DNA of 64,000 bases from a virus: positions 64,001 to 128,000 of the IMG/VR virus record IMGVR_UViG_3300027788_001769, one strand, 5' to 3'. The notes beneath the pieces were generated by a model. It saw only the letters and a program-made list of their open reading frames with translations, was not told the origin of the DNA and did no database searches. Made by a program: the position numbers and the translations under genes. Shown piece by piece: positions 28,950 to 38,526 of this stretch (position 1 is the first letter of the stretch; each line of letters opens with the position of its first letter).

Positions 28950-29659
28950 TGACTGCTGAAACTAAAACTAAGAAGACCACATTTTATTTTGGACGCGAAC
29001 AAGAACATGCCGTGTGTATGTTCTTGACCGCGACCACTATGAATGAAAGAAATGATGTTTATAGAAAACACTTATACGCTCCAATAAATAAAATGATTGA
29101 CAGTATTATAAGACGTTATAAACTTTATAGAAAAGGTCAGGAGTTTAGGGATATTCATGCAGATACACTTTCATTTTTAATTACAAAAGCTGAAAAATTT
29201 AAACCTGAAAAAGGTAACAAGGCCTATTCGTATTTTGGTACCATTTGTAAAAATTATTTAATGGGCCAAATAATTAAAGACCAAAAACACACAAACAGAA
29301 CCCTCTCATACGAAGACATGTCTTCCAGTATAGAAGAACGTCCAGACCAAGTATATTATATAGACACAGAAGATGTAGATATAAACAAATTTATTAATCA
29401 ACTAGTTGATGAGATAGAAGAATTTATGTCTGTGACTAATCTTAATGAAAACGAAACAAAAATAGGGATGGCTTTAATAGAGATTTTCACTAACTATAAT
29501 GAGATATTTTTACATGGAGCGGGTAATAAATTTAATAAAAATTTAATTTTACTTTCTCTTAGAGAGATGACAAATCTAACTACAAAAGAGATTAGAAATT
29601 CACTTAAAAAATATAAAGTAATTTATAAATCCCTCTCAACGCAATTTCAAGACGAGTAA
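28949..29659 (+). CDS. phage RNA polymerase sigma factor (gp55-like late sigma)
   Basis: Region-2-like KFKPEKGNKAYSYFGTICKNYL (cf. gp55 N.FAYFT); N-terminal YF..EQE.AV; sits just before structural genes. Confidence 0.65.
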   Translation: MTAETKTKKTTFYFGREQEHAVCMFLTATTMNERNDVYRKHLYAPINKMIDSIIRRYKLYRKGQEFRDIHADTLSFLITKAEKFKPEKGNKAYSYFGTICKNYLMGQIIKDQKHTNRTLSYEDMSSSIEERPDQVYYIDTEDVDINKFINQLVDEIEEFMSVTNLNENETKIGMALIEIFTNYNEIFLHGAGNKFNKNLILLSLREMTNLTTKEIRNSLKKYKVIYKSLSTQFQDE

Positions 29660-29673
29660 AGTTTAGTTTCAAA

Positions 29674-29681
29674 TATTTATA
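29674..29681 (+). promoter_or_regulatory. putative late promoter TATTTATA
   Basis: Intergenic, 19 nt before the ATG at 29701. Confidence 0.6.
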
Positions 29682-29700
29682 GGTATAAAAATAACATACT

Positions 29701-30066
29701 ATGCCAAGACCAAAAAAGAAACAGATTACCTTTCAAAAAGAAAGTGCCCTTGCATTAATGCAAGAAGTATACAATGAATGCGTAGAACAAAGAAATACAG
29801 CTATACGGATACAGAATAAAATGTTAAGTTTTATGCAAGGACCAGAGGACTTACAGTTACTGGGACCTGTGATAAAAGAACAACAGAAAATTGTTGATTC
29901 TGCTATAGAAAAGAAAATACAATTAGCTAAAATACAAACCAATTTATTACAGAAACAACTTACTGAAACCACTAGTTTATCACTTAGTGTGGACGATAGA
30001 GAAGCTTTAAATGATATGATTAATAAAGGGGAGGTAAACTCTAGTGACAAACCTTACAAAATCTAA
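29701..30066 (+). CDS. hypothetical coiled-coil protein
   Basis: 121 aa ORF after the motif. Confidence 0.75.
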   Translation: MPRPKKKQITFQKESALALMQEVYNECVEQRNTAIRIQNKMLSFMQGPEDLQLLGPVIKEQQKIVDSAIEKKIQLAKIQTNLLQKQLTETTSLSLSVDDREALNDMINKGEVNSSDKPYKI

Positions 30067-32042
30067 TGGCTGAAAAGAAGAAAAAAAGAAACCTAATACA
30101 GGACACTAAAGACGCAAAAAAGAAAGGATTGTCTAAATTACAGAACTTCGGTAATGTAATAAAGGCAAAAAAAGACTTAGCTAAAGAAAATGCGTTAAAA
30201 AATGTAATGGGTTCTATAGATTCTATAAATGAAAAATCAAATAATTTAATAGAATATTTCTTAGACCTAATTAAGGTGGGTGGTGGTAATGAAAGTATTA
30301 CCAGGATACGTAAAAATCTAGTTAAAAAGTTAGGTAAATACGAACCAGAGGTAAAAGAAATTGTATTTGAGGAGATGGTCCAGTTTCTAAACTGTGATTT
30401 AAATTTTGTTATACCTTCAGCTAACGGTACCAACAATGGAAATTGTGTCTCTAGTGGTGGTGTTTCCACACCAGATTCTAATTTATTAAAAATACCAGTT
30501 AAAAGTATAGACCCGTTTGGTCTATTAAAAAACAGTCCACTATCCAACGTGGGTAAAGCTACTTACGAAAAGCAAGATATAATTAGTGGGTCGTTCCCAT
30601 TTTCAACAAATAAAGAATTATATGGGAGATTAGAGAATCCTAGTACCCAACAAGATTATTTTGGGTTTAGTGGTAGTAGACTTTTCACTATGGAATTTGA
30701 TGGACTTGATTCTTATTTAATTAGGCCTGTCGGAGTTGACAATACTTTTTCTGATAACAATATTTCGGATTTTAGTTGTGGTGGGGCTGAGAATGATAGG
30801 AAGGTAACAGATTTTTTGAGGGATTATTTTGATTCGGTTAAACTTTTTGAAAAACATAACTTTTTAGCTCAGATTTTTGAAGTTCTAATGGGGTCATTAA
30901 GTGTCCAGATTGATAGGAGTGGTACTGAAGTGGAATTAGATGGTAAGTTCGCTGAAATTATAAAACGTATTTTAGGTATGTGTGGAGATGATGAAGATGG
31001 TTCTGATGGTGGTGAAATAAGTACCTCTGCAACTGCTCACTTAACAGATACCTATGAAGGAGAAGAAGAAGATTTTTTTGCTTTTGGACCACAGGACTTA
31101 CTAAACTTAGAAGATGAAACAAGTTTGAAGGTTAAGGGGTTGTTGAGGTTTGCTAGTTGTGATAACATAGAAACTGGAATAAATATTGACCAATTAAATG
31201 AGGACATAAATGGAATTTTGTCCGAAAATAATGAAGGGATAATAGACATGAACCTAAACCAATCAATAGATAAAGCTGTTGAGAGTATGGGTAACGACGA
31301 CTTATCATTTAATTTACCAAATATAAAAGCGGATTTTGACGCTAACATCCTTAAGGAGTTACCTAAAATTTTATTAAACCTTATTTTAACACCTAAAGTT
31401 CTTCTACCAATAGCAATCGCTATGAAATCACAAGGTAATAGTTTTGATAACGATGACATTATGGATTTGGTTAAAAAATTCTTTAGATTAATTAAAAAAA
31501 TAGTAAGGAGATTATTTAAACTTATGATTGAAATACTTTTTGACGAAATAAAAAGAATAATATTGAAATTAATAGCTGAGATTATGAAAGAAATAATCAA
31601 AGAAAAATATTTAAAACAATTTGCTATAATACAAAATTTACTTAATTTATTAATGTTAGCTCTATCATTAATAGAAGATTTAGCCAATTGTAAATCTATA
31701 TTAAATAGTTTATTACAACTATTAAGGTTGCCGCCTCCTCCTGGTGGAATAAACATACCTAAACCACTTTTATTTGCAACTGCTAGTAGGCCAGGGTTTA
31801 GTGATACAAGAGCATTTCAAAACGTATTAGAAAATTTACAAGAGACAGGTTTTAATACTGCGGACCATGCTGACGGTTCACCAAACGCATCTGTTGTTAT
31901 GTTATATAACACCATAAAAGGTGTAGAAAAAGAAAGAAGTGAAAATAGTGTAGTAAAAATTGTAACCTACCCACAAAATGTTAAAAGCCCACAAGGGCCT
32001 GGAGTTACTGAAAGTGGAACAGGAACAGGACTAATAATTTAA
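30066..32042 (+). CDS. hypothetical protein, probably virion/baseplate-associated
   Basis: 658 aa, in a late operon upstream of the spike-like gene. Confidence 0.6.
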   Translation: MAEKKKKRNLIQDTKDAKKKGLSKLQNFGNVIKAKKDLAKENALKNVMGSIDSINEKSNNLIEYFLDLIKVGGGNESITRIRKNLVKKLGKYEPEVKEIVFEEMVQFLNCDLNFVIPSANGTNNGNCVSSGGVSTPDSNLLKIPVKSIDPFGLLKNSPLSNVGKATYEKQDIISGSFPFSTNKELYGRLENPSTQQDYFGFSGSRLFTMEFDGLDSYLIRPVGVDNTFSDNNISDFSCGGAENDRKVTDFLRDYFDSVKLFEKHNFLAQIFEVLMGSLSVQIDRSGTEVELDGKFAEIIKRILGMCGDDEDGSDGGEISTSATAHLTDTYEGEEEDFFAFGPQDLLNLEDETSLKVKGLLRFASCDNIETGINIDQLNEDINGILSENNEGIIDMNLNQSIDKAVESMGNDDLSFNLPNIKADFDANILKELPKILLNLILTPKVLLPIAIAMKSQGNSFDNDDIMDLVKKFFRLIKKIVRRLFKLMIEILFDEIKRIILKLIAEIMKEIIKEKYLKQFAIIQNLLNLLMLALSLIEDLANCKSILNSLLQLLRLPPPPGGINIPKPLLFATASRPGFSDTRAFQNVLENLQETGFNTADHADGSPNASVVMLYNTIKGVEKERSENSVVKIVTYPQNVKSPQGPGVTESGTGTGLII

Positions 32043-32045
32043 ATT

Positions 32046-32252
32046 ATGAATATAGAAAAAATAAAAAGTGTTTTAGAGAATTATAGTAAAGTATCTAATA
32101 AAGAGTTATCCGACGTAATGGTTTTTTTAAAGGGTAGGTTTGACGAGTCTAAAAATACCGTAATACAATTAACACATCAAATGGACGAGTTAGAAAGAGA
32201 TTATAATAGGTTAAATTCTGAACTTAAAAAAAGAGTAAGTACTAATGGCTAA
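32046..32252 (+). CDS. hypothetical coiled-coil protein
   Basis: 68 aa, coupled to neighbours. Confidence 0.7.
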   Translation: MNIEKIKSVLENYSKVSNKELSDVMVFLKGRFDESKNTVIQLTHQMDELERDYNRLNSELKKRVSTNG

Positions 32253-33915
32253 AAATATTAAAATGATATTATTTGGGGTTTGTATAAACAGTGACGACCC
32301 TTTATTGGCCGCTAGAATTAGAGCTGTTACAGACGACAATTATTCTGGTAACAATCCTAAAGATTACGATATTGCTACATGTCAAAAAATAAGTCAAGGG
32401 AATAAAGATTTATACCCTAGGACAGAGGACGTATATTGGAGTAAGGATGACCCACATATTTGTGCTCCCTTACTTCCTTACTATATTAATGTTATTCCAG
32501 AGTCTAACGAAAATGTTAAAATATTCTTATATAGTTCAGAAAATGACAGTCAAAATAAAGAGTACTTAGGACCCACAATATCACAACCACACAAATTAAG
32601 TGGGGAAGCTTATGCTGATGGTAGACTTCATACGTCCAAAGGAACCAGAGTAGAAGCTGCTAGGGCAATAACCGACTCTTCAGTTTCGGAAGGTAGTTTT
32701 TCTTATCCAGGTTCTGTTAGTTTAGATGGTAGACATAATTCTGATGTTGTCTTGGGTAATAGACAAGTAGTCTTACGTTCCGGAAAATTTACACACAATA
32801 ACCAAAAACCAGAATTTCCAATATACAATGTAAAACAAAGTTTAATTCAGGTAGATAGTTTTGAGAAGGGATTAAATTTGATTCCAACAGAGGATAAAAA
32901 ATTAGAAGTTCAAGAAAGTAATGTAAATTATGTGGTAGAGTATGATATTTTAGATTTAGCTCCAGCAGATGGATTTTTTAATGGGAGTGTAACTTTATTT
33001 AAAGTAGAGTCATTACCAGACAAAGAAAAAATAACAACTAAAAATATGGGGTTAACGACACCTATTTTAACAGTTGCTACTCTTAAAGAAAGAGCTAGAG
33101 TTAGTTTTTTTAATCAAAGCTTTTCCGGTGTAACTACTTTGGTTAATTCATTTTTAGAGGAAGTGGACAATAGAAACGGTAAAAAACTAACTGACCCTAT
33201 AGGCATTAGTGGGTATGAGGGTTATTTAGGTACTGGTACTTTTATAAAGTCAGGAGAATATATAGATATCGGTTCTGCAGCACCCAATAACGAAGAAATA
33301 CTAGCTTTACACCCATTTTTCTTTAGACCTAGTAGTACACTAAGAAGACAATTAAATTCCAATGATACTTTAATACCTAACAGTCAAACCGCATCTAACG
33401 CTACTAAAGTAAAAGAAAAAATACGGTTAATTGGTGTTAATGGAAATCAGTACTGGGGACTTTCCTGGTCCAGAAACGAAAAGAATGTACCGACCAAAGA
33501 AATTACTAGAAAGTACGATAAAGAAAGTACTGAAACTAAAACACAAGGTGTTATTACCTTGTTAACAGATAAAATTGTTTTATATTCACACGATACCAGA
33601 ATCCCCAATGCCCCAAAAACCATTCCTTTAGTGGATAACACCAACATCCCATCAGCTAGAGAAAATTTAGGTATAGACCAAAAAACTTTAGTTACCTTGA
33701 TTGAAAAGGAAACTGAACCCCTGGTTAGAGGAGACCAATTAAAAAAAGCTTTGGAACGTATAGTGGATTTTTTAAAGTATCATGAACATAAAGAACCTGG
33801 TACCCCTACAGTGGATAAAACACAACACGGAGGAAAAGAAACTTGGGAATCTTTAGAGACAATGCTAAAAGAATTCGATAAAACTGTATTAAATAAAAAT
33901 ATAAGAATCAACTAG
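32245..33915 (+). CDS. putative baseplate central spike/hub protein (gp5/VgrG OB-fold-like)
   Basis: N-terminal GVC...DDP...RIRA...PLLP.....P...E.V; C-terminal PLVRGD.L...L......HEH (HxH spike-tip-like). Confidence 0.55.
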   Translation: MAKNIKMILFGVCINSDDPLLAARIRAVTDDNYSGNNPKDYDIATCQKISQGNKDLYPRTEDVYWSKDDPHICAPLLPYYINVIPESNENVKIFLYSSENDSQNKEYLGPTISQPHKLSGEAYADGRLHTSKGTRVEAARAITDSSVSEGSFSYPGSVSLDGRHNSDVVLGNRQVVLRSGKFTHNNQKPEFPIYNVKQSLIQVDSFEKGLNLIPTEDKKLEVQESNVNYVVEYDILDLAPADGFFNGSVTLFKVESLPDKEKITTKNMGLTTPILTVATLKERARVSFFNQSFSGVTTLVNSFLEEVDNRNGKKLTDPIGISGYEGYLGTGTFIKSGEYIDIGSAAPNNEEILALHPFFFRPSSTLRRQLNSNDTLIPNSQTASNATKVKEKIRLIGVNGNQYWGLSWSRNEKNVPTKEITRKYDKESTETKTQGVITLLTDKIVLYSHDTRIPNAPKTIPLVDNTNIPSARENLGIDQKTLVTLIEKETEPLVRGDQLKKALERIVDFLKYHEHKEPGTPTVDKTQHGGKETWESLETMLKEFDKTVLNKNIRIN

Positions 33916-33916
33916 A

Positions 33917-33924
33917 TATTTATT
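33917..33924 (+). promoter_or_regulatory. putative late promoter TATTTATT
   Basis: In the 20-nt gap before the ATG at 33936. Confidence 0.55.
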
Positions 33925-33935
33925 AATAAAAACTA

Positions 33936-35486
33936 ATGTCAGTACACAAATCATATTTTAAAAAAAACAATACTTTATTGTCTTATGACAGGACTAATAC
34001 CGCTAAAAACCCAGTAACTGAGGTGTATTATGGTGGTGGGTCATCTAGAAGGGATTGTAAATTTACAGGAATACCTACAGATATTTGTGTAAATCCGGAA
34101 GGAGTAGCCTTAACTGGTTACACATCTATTCGAATAAATAACGACTATAGTAGATTTATTTTTGATTTAGATATTACTGATTTAGAAAGTAAAATATCCG
34201 ATAAGACAATAATAACTGGTTCACATGGTTGTAATAATGCATCAGCTAAACACACATTAAGAATGGTTAACACTTCTTTCTTCGATGATGAGTTACTAAA
34301 CACTGTTACATCTAAGAATAAAAGAAGAGCTAGTTCATTTGATTTGGTTTTATTTAAAATACCGACTGGTACTACATGGAGTGAGGGTGTTGGTTATGAC
34401 TACACTAATATGTCAAGTGATTTTGTTGGTTTAGATGACAATTCTTTTTCTACTGTTCCCAGTAACTGGTACTCCGCTACCACTACTTCTTCGTGGCCAT
34501 GTTTGGGAATATATAATTACACAACTTGTGTCCCAGAAATTATAGCAACTCAGACTTTTGATAATGGTAATGAGAACATAGCATTTGACCTTACAAGTGA
34601 AATGAATGAGGTGTTGTCTGGTAGTAAAAATATGAGTGGGTATGGTGTTGCTTTTGTGGAACAATTAGAAAGGTTGACTGGTTTAACAGAAAGTTACTCC
34701 GTAGGTTTCTTCACTAAGTACACACAGACATTTTTTGAACCTTATCTTGAAACTAATTATGATGATTATATTTTAGATGATAGAGATTTTTTCTATGAAG
34801 GAAAAAGTAACTGTCTTTATTTATATGTGAATAAAGGTGGTGTACCAACAAATTTAGATAACTTTCCTACCGCACAAATCTACGATAACTCTGGTACGGT
34901 TTTATATACTATCACAGCATCCCAGGTAACGAAAGGTGTTTACTGTGCATGTTTTACCATAGCGTGTGACGAATATGTTGCTCCTTGTATGTTTAAAGAT
35001 AGGTGGTCTAATTTATCTATTAATGGAAATTGTCAATCTGACGTAACCAATAAAGTCACATTAAAATCTAACTCTGATTATTTTAATATAGGTACTAACG
35101 CTGGATTACCAAAACATTATGGGTATTCTATATCTGGAATTAAAATGGACGAAAAAATCGTAAATGGGGACATTAGAAAAGTTATAGTTTCTGCTAGACA
35201 ACAATATACCACTAATTTTCCAGTAGCTTTAGATTTAATACAGTATAGGATATACGTTAAACAAGGTACTACACAAGTAGAAACTCAAGAATGGACAAAA
35301 GTAAATATAGCTCACAACCAAAATTACTTTGTTGTTGACACAGGTGATATGGTACCCAATGAGTACTTTATAGATATTCAAGCCATATCTAATCTAGAAA
35401 AAAACACTTACTTTGAGACGGTAAAATTCCAAGTTGTAAATCAAGCTAACTATTTTGGCAATCCACCATCTGACTATAGACAATAA
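33936..35486 (+). CDS. putative virion structural protein (beta-rich)
   Basis: 516 aa, Thr/Ser/Cys/aromatic rich, SRFIF.L, W.EGVGYDY, preceded by the late motif. Confidence 0.55.
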   Translation: MSVHKSYFKKNNTLLSYDRTNTAKNPVTEVYYGGGSSRRDCKFTGIPTDICVNPEGVALTGYTSIRINNDYSRFIFDLDITDLESKISDKTIITGSHGCNNASAKHTLRMVNTSFFDDELLNTVTSKNKRRASSFDLVLFKIPTGTTWSEGVGYDYTNMSSDFVGLDDNSFSTVPSNWYSATTTSSWPCLGIYNYTTCVPEIIATQTFDNGNENIAFDLTSEMNEVLSGSKNMSGYGVAFVEQLERLTGLTESYSVGFFTKYTQTFFEPYLETNYDDYILDDRDFFYEGKSNCLYLYVNKGGVPTNLDNFPTAQIYDNSGTVLYTITASQVTKGVYCACFTIACDEYVAPCMFKDRWSNLSINGNCQSDVTNKVTLKSNSDYFNIGTNAGLPKHYGYSISGIKMDEKIVNGDIRKVIVSARQQYTTNFPVALDLIQYRIYVKQGTTQVETQEWTKVNIAHNQNYFVVDTGDMVPNEYFIDIQAISNLEKNTYFETVKFQVVNQANYFGNPPSDYRQ

Positions 35487-35546
35487 TTTCACAATTATTT
35501 AACAATAACATAACATACTTTTAAGTAACATAAGTTACTTATTAGT

Positions 35547-35630
35547 ATGGATACACTACAACCAAAAATAGACGTTAGCCCAATTATATACGTTATATTA
35601 ATGATTGCCGTATTCTGTCTTTCTATTTAG
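35547..35630 (+). CDS. putative 27-aa single-TM peptide (not in the ORF track)
   Basis: MDTLQPKIDVSPIIYVILMIAVFCLSI; preceded by the palindrome aagtaac-ataa-gttactt (35523-35540). Confidence 0.45.
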   Translation: MDTLQPKIDVSPIIYVILMIAVFCLSI

Positions 35631-35694
35631 GGTGACCCGATTAATCTTATTAATCGGTTCAAACCACACTCACTCCCTATGTTTGAACAACCTA
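35628..35694. other. structured intergenic element (two adjacent hairpins), candidate ncRNA or terminator
   Basis: ccgattaa-tctta-ttaatcgg followed by ttcaaac-N16-gtttgaa, flanked by tagg...ccta. Confidence 0.35.
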
Positions 35695-35755
35695 GTATTT
35701 CTCGGTAGTGTTCATTTAATTACTCTTTTTTTATGTAAAAAAAACCTAATTTAAC

Positions 35756-35786
35756 TTGGTGGAACCAATATATTTTATTATCTTTG
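35756..35786 (+). promoter_or_regulatory. Bacteroidota-type promoter TTG-N20-TATCTTTG
   Basis: Exact TAnnTTTG -7 element at 35779-35786; ATG only 4 nt downstream (leaderless-like). Confidence 0.65.
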
Positions 35787-35790
35787 TAGT

Positions 35791-36261
35791 ATGAAAAAAT
35801 TACCTATAAAAATACAACGAATAATAAAGAAAAAAACATTCAAATTAAATACTCTGGCAGGTAATCGTTCTTGGAGGGGTGGTTTAAAAATTGATTACCG
35901 TATAACAATGGTTAAAGCGGATGGTGAACACCAGGATTTTTGTACACCACTTACCAATAGCTATGCTCCTGTTACGGTAAATATAAAGGTTAAGGGTCAG
36001 GTAGAGACTAGAGGTGATATAGGTGTATATTCAAAAATACTAAGGGAAATTTCTGAAGTTACAAAAACAAAAATAAGTTACTGGGGTGGTTATGATACAA
36101 AATACGATTATGTTTGGGGTCGCCAAGTAAACAAAGCAGTTCGTAAAGAGATTCGTTATAGAGCAATTAATGATGTGGTAAACTTTCTAAAGTTAGTGGG
36201 CATACAAACTGAAAGATGGTCTGATGGGATTTCAATAGGTACCATAACATGGGAAAAATAA
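35791..36261 (+). CDS. basic hypothetical protein
   Basis: 156 aa ORF following the promoter. Confidence 0.7.
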   Translation: MKKLPIKIQRIIKKKTFKLNTLAGNRSWRGGLKIDYRITMVKADGEHQDFCTPLTNSYAPVTVNIKVKGQVETRGDIGVYSKILREISEVTKTKISYWGGYDTKYDYVWGRQVNKAVRKEIRYRAINDVVNFLKLVGIQTERWSDGISIGTITWEK

Positions 36262-36314
36262 ATAAATAAGATAAAAGAGAAAAGACCTACTCACTAATTA
36301 TAGGCGTTAAAGAG

Positions 36315-36842
36315 ATGGATAGATTAGATACGACAACAAGATTATTTATAGGATATTTAATATTCTTATCCCTTATATTGGGGTGTAGTGTGGTAAATGG
36401 ACAAGACACAACCGCCAGTGTTCACCAGCAAACACATAACTTAACCACCAACATGTTTGGTGTTGAGTTTGGGGCACCAATTATGGGTCGAGGTGTGGTC
36501 AATCCAAATGTCACAATACCACAAAGAATATCATCAGAATACCACATTGTTCATTATCTATCTGTAGGTTATTCATTTTTAGAGGAAAAAAAAGATGAGT
36601 ACCTATTTTCATACGGTATTGGAATACCATTAAAAGTATTGGATAAAGGAACTTTTTATGGGTATTTTATCGACGCTTATCACTACAGACCTGATTTAAT
36701 TGTTGTAGACCCCACTAAAAATAGAGACTTTAGACAAAGAAGAATTAGGATTGCGTATAGAACAAACAAGTTAGAGTTCTCAACAACTTACACATTGAGG
36801 TATTCGGTAATCTTAGGCATTTCATATTCATTTAACAAATAA
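36315..36842 (+). CDS. putative outer-membrane beta-barrel-like protein with signal peptide
   Basis: Hydrophobic N-terminus ending ..VNG|QD; alternating aromatic strands (LSVGYSF, FSYGIG, LGISYSF near the C-terminus). Confidence 0.5.
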   Translation: MDRLDTTTRLFIGYLIFLSLILGCSVVNGQDTTASVHQQTHNLTTNMFGVEFGAPIMGRGVVNPNVTIPQRISSEYHIVHYLSVGYSFLEEKKDEYLFSYGIGIPLKVLDKGTFYGYFIDAYHYRPDLIVVDPTKNRDFRQRRIRIAYRTNKLEFSTTYTLRYSVILGISYSFNK

Positions 36843-36847
36843 TAGTC

Positions 36848-37003
36848 ATGGGAGAGATAGACCAAATGTTAAAACAATGGATGCCAGTAAACACTGTTAT
36901 TAGGAAACAACTAAGAGAGTTAATCGTTAAAGAGATAGAAAAAGAAAGGACCAAAGAAAGGGTAAAAATATTAACCTGGGAACACCAATTAAAAAATAAA
37001 TAA
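36848..37003 (+). CDS. small hypothetical protein (51 aa, not in the ORF track)
   Basis: MGEIDQMLKQWMPVNTVIRKQLRELIVKEIEKERTKERVKILTWEHQLKNK fills the gap between neighbours. Confidence 0.55.
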   Translation: MGEIDQMLKQWMPVNTVIRKQLRELIVKEIEKERTKERVKILTWEHQLKNK

Positions 37004-37007
37004 TAAG

Positions 37008-38306
37008 ATGAATGATTTAAAAAGAATACGAGAATTTGTAAGTAGATTAAAATCCACTAACGCAACTAATAATAAGATTGATATTATTAAAGAGTATAAG
37101 GAAGACCAGGTTATTAAGGAGGTGTTAAAGTATACTTACTCACCATTCAAACAATATCACGTCACTAGTAAAAACTGTAAAAAGAATTCAGATTTAATAA
37201 AATACGGATACACCAACTTATTTTGTTTGTTACGTGACCTAAACAGTAGATTACTTACCGGACATGAAGCAATAAGCTATGTTAATGGTTATGTGGAAGC
37301 TAATAAGAAATATGAAGACCTTATCTATTGTGTGGTAGATAAAAACTTAAAGACAAGAACAGGAGCAGACCTAATAAACAAAGCAATACCTAAATGCGTA
37401 CCAACTTTTAAAGTAGCGTTAGCTAACTCTTATGATAAACAAAAGGGTAAAGTTAATTTTGACACACAAACATGGTTTGCCTCACATAAGTTAGATGGGG
37501 TTAGATGTTTAGCTATAGTAGACGACAACGGAGTGTGTAATTTCTTCTCAAGACAAGGTAAGACATTCGATACTTTAGATGTACTTAAAAATGAAATAGA
37601 GAGTCTAAACTTATGTAATATGGTATTTGATGGTGAAGTGTGTGTGGTTGATGAGAATGGAACAGAGGACTTCCAAGGTATCATGAAGGAAATTAAAAGA
37701 AAGGACCATACCATTGAAAATCCTAAATACAAAATATTTGATTACCTTATGTTGTCAGAGTTCGATACCCAAGTAAGTAAACGTAGTCTGAGTGATAGAT
37801 TAGGTAAGTTTAATATGGTATATAATACGTTCAACGAACAATTAAACTGTATTGACCTATTGGAACAATGGAAGGTAGAGTCCGAAGAGCATTTCCAAGA
37901 GTTAGCAGAACTGGCAACAAAGAATAACTGGGAAGGTTTAATCTTACGTAAAGATTGTGAGTATAAAGGTAAAAGAAGTAATGACCTTCTTAAGGTTAAA
38001 AAATTCTTTGACGAAGAGTATGTTGTAAAGTCTATAGAAACTTCTACACATAGAATTATTGTAGACGGATTAGAAGTTGAAGAAGAGATGTTAAGTAATG
38101 TTGTAATAGAACACAAAGGTTGTGATGTTGGTGTTGGTTCTGGTTTCGACCAATCAGAAAGAAGAAAATATTTCAAGAACCCAGAACTTATAATTGGTAA
38201 AACAATTACAGTACAATACTTTGAAGAGACACTTAACCAGGATGGTTGTCACTCATTAAGATTTCCAGTAGTAAAACATGTATATGAAAATGGAAGAAAT
38301 GTTTAA
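37008..38306 (+). CDS. ATP-dependent DNA ligase
   Basis: Motif I KLDGVR, SRQGK, FDGEV, IFD, WEGLILR, KRSNDLLKVK, VGSGF, SLRFP. Confidence 0.93.
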   Translation: MNDLKRIREFVSRLKSTNATNNKIDIIKEYKEDQVIKEVLKYTYSPFKQYHVTSKNCKKNSDLIKYGYTNLFCLLRDLNSRLLTGHEAISYVNGYVEANKKYEDLIYCVVDKNLKTRTGADLINKAIPKCVPTFKVALANSYDKQKGKVNFDTQTWFASHKLDGVRCLAIVDDNGVCNFFSRQGKTFDTLDVLKNEIESLNLCNMVFDGEVCVVDENGTEDFQGIMKEIKRKDHTIENPKYKIFDYLMLSEFDTQVSKRSLSDRLGKFNMVYNTFNEQLNCIDLLEQWKVESEEHFQELAELATKNNWEGLILRKDCEYKGKRSNDLLKVKKFFDEEYVVKSIETSTHRIIVDGLEVEEEMLSNVVIEHKGCDVGVGSGFDQSERRKYFKNPELIIGKTITVQYFEETLNQDGCHSLRFPVVKHVYENGRNV

Positions 38307-38321
38307 TAAAAAAATAAAAAT

Positions 38322-38468
38322 ATGAAAAAATTAACTAGTATAGATATAGTTTTAAGATTTGCGTTAGTGTTATTCACATTTATGTTGGTTATGTCCTTTA
38401 CTGGATGTGCCACAAGTGGAAGGACATATAATGTAGGTACCGGTGAATTACTACCTAAAACTAAATAA
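38322..38468 (+). CDS. small lipoprotein (48 aa, not in the ORF track)
   Basis: MKKLTSIDIVLRFALVLFTFMLVMSFTG|CATSGRTYNVGTGELLPKTK: signal peptide with lipobox FTGC. Confidence 0.65.
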   Translation: MKKLTSIDIVLRFALVLFTFMLVMSFTGCATSGRTYNVGTGELLPKTK

Positions 38469-38473
38469 TAGCA

Positions 38474-38507
38474 TAAAAAAAGAGGACGAATATCGTCCTC
38501 TTTTTAT
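38474..38507. terminator. bidirectional rho-independent terminator
   Basis: aaaaaaagaggacga-ata-tcgtcctctttttt-type hairpin between convergent gene blocks, just downstream of the capsid gene. Confidence 0.9.
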
Positions 38508-38526
38508 TAGTAATATACTTAACTTA

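Noticed and set aside
31052-31756. Long antisense ORFs (also 37742-38176, 41256-41837, 50006-50557, 51343-51876, 54297-55238 and others)
   Set aside because: They are shadows of well-supported genes on the opposite strand, with Ser/Phe/Leu-rich composition and no motifs
35628-35720. tRNA gene in the structured intergenic region
   Set aside because: It has a GGTTCAAA-like stretch but no cloverleaf with acceptor stem and anticodon arm; no tRNA or rRNA genes were recognised anywhere in the window
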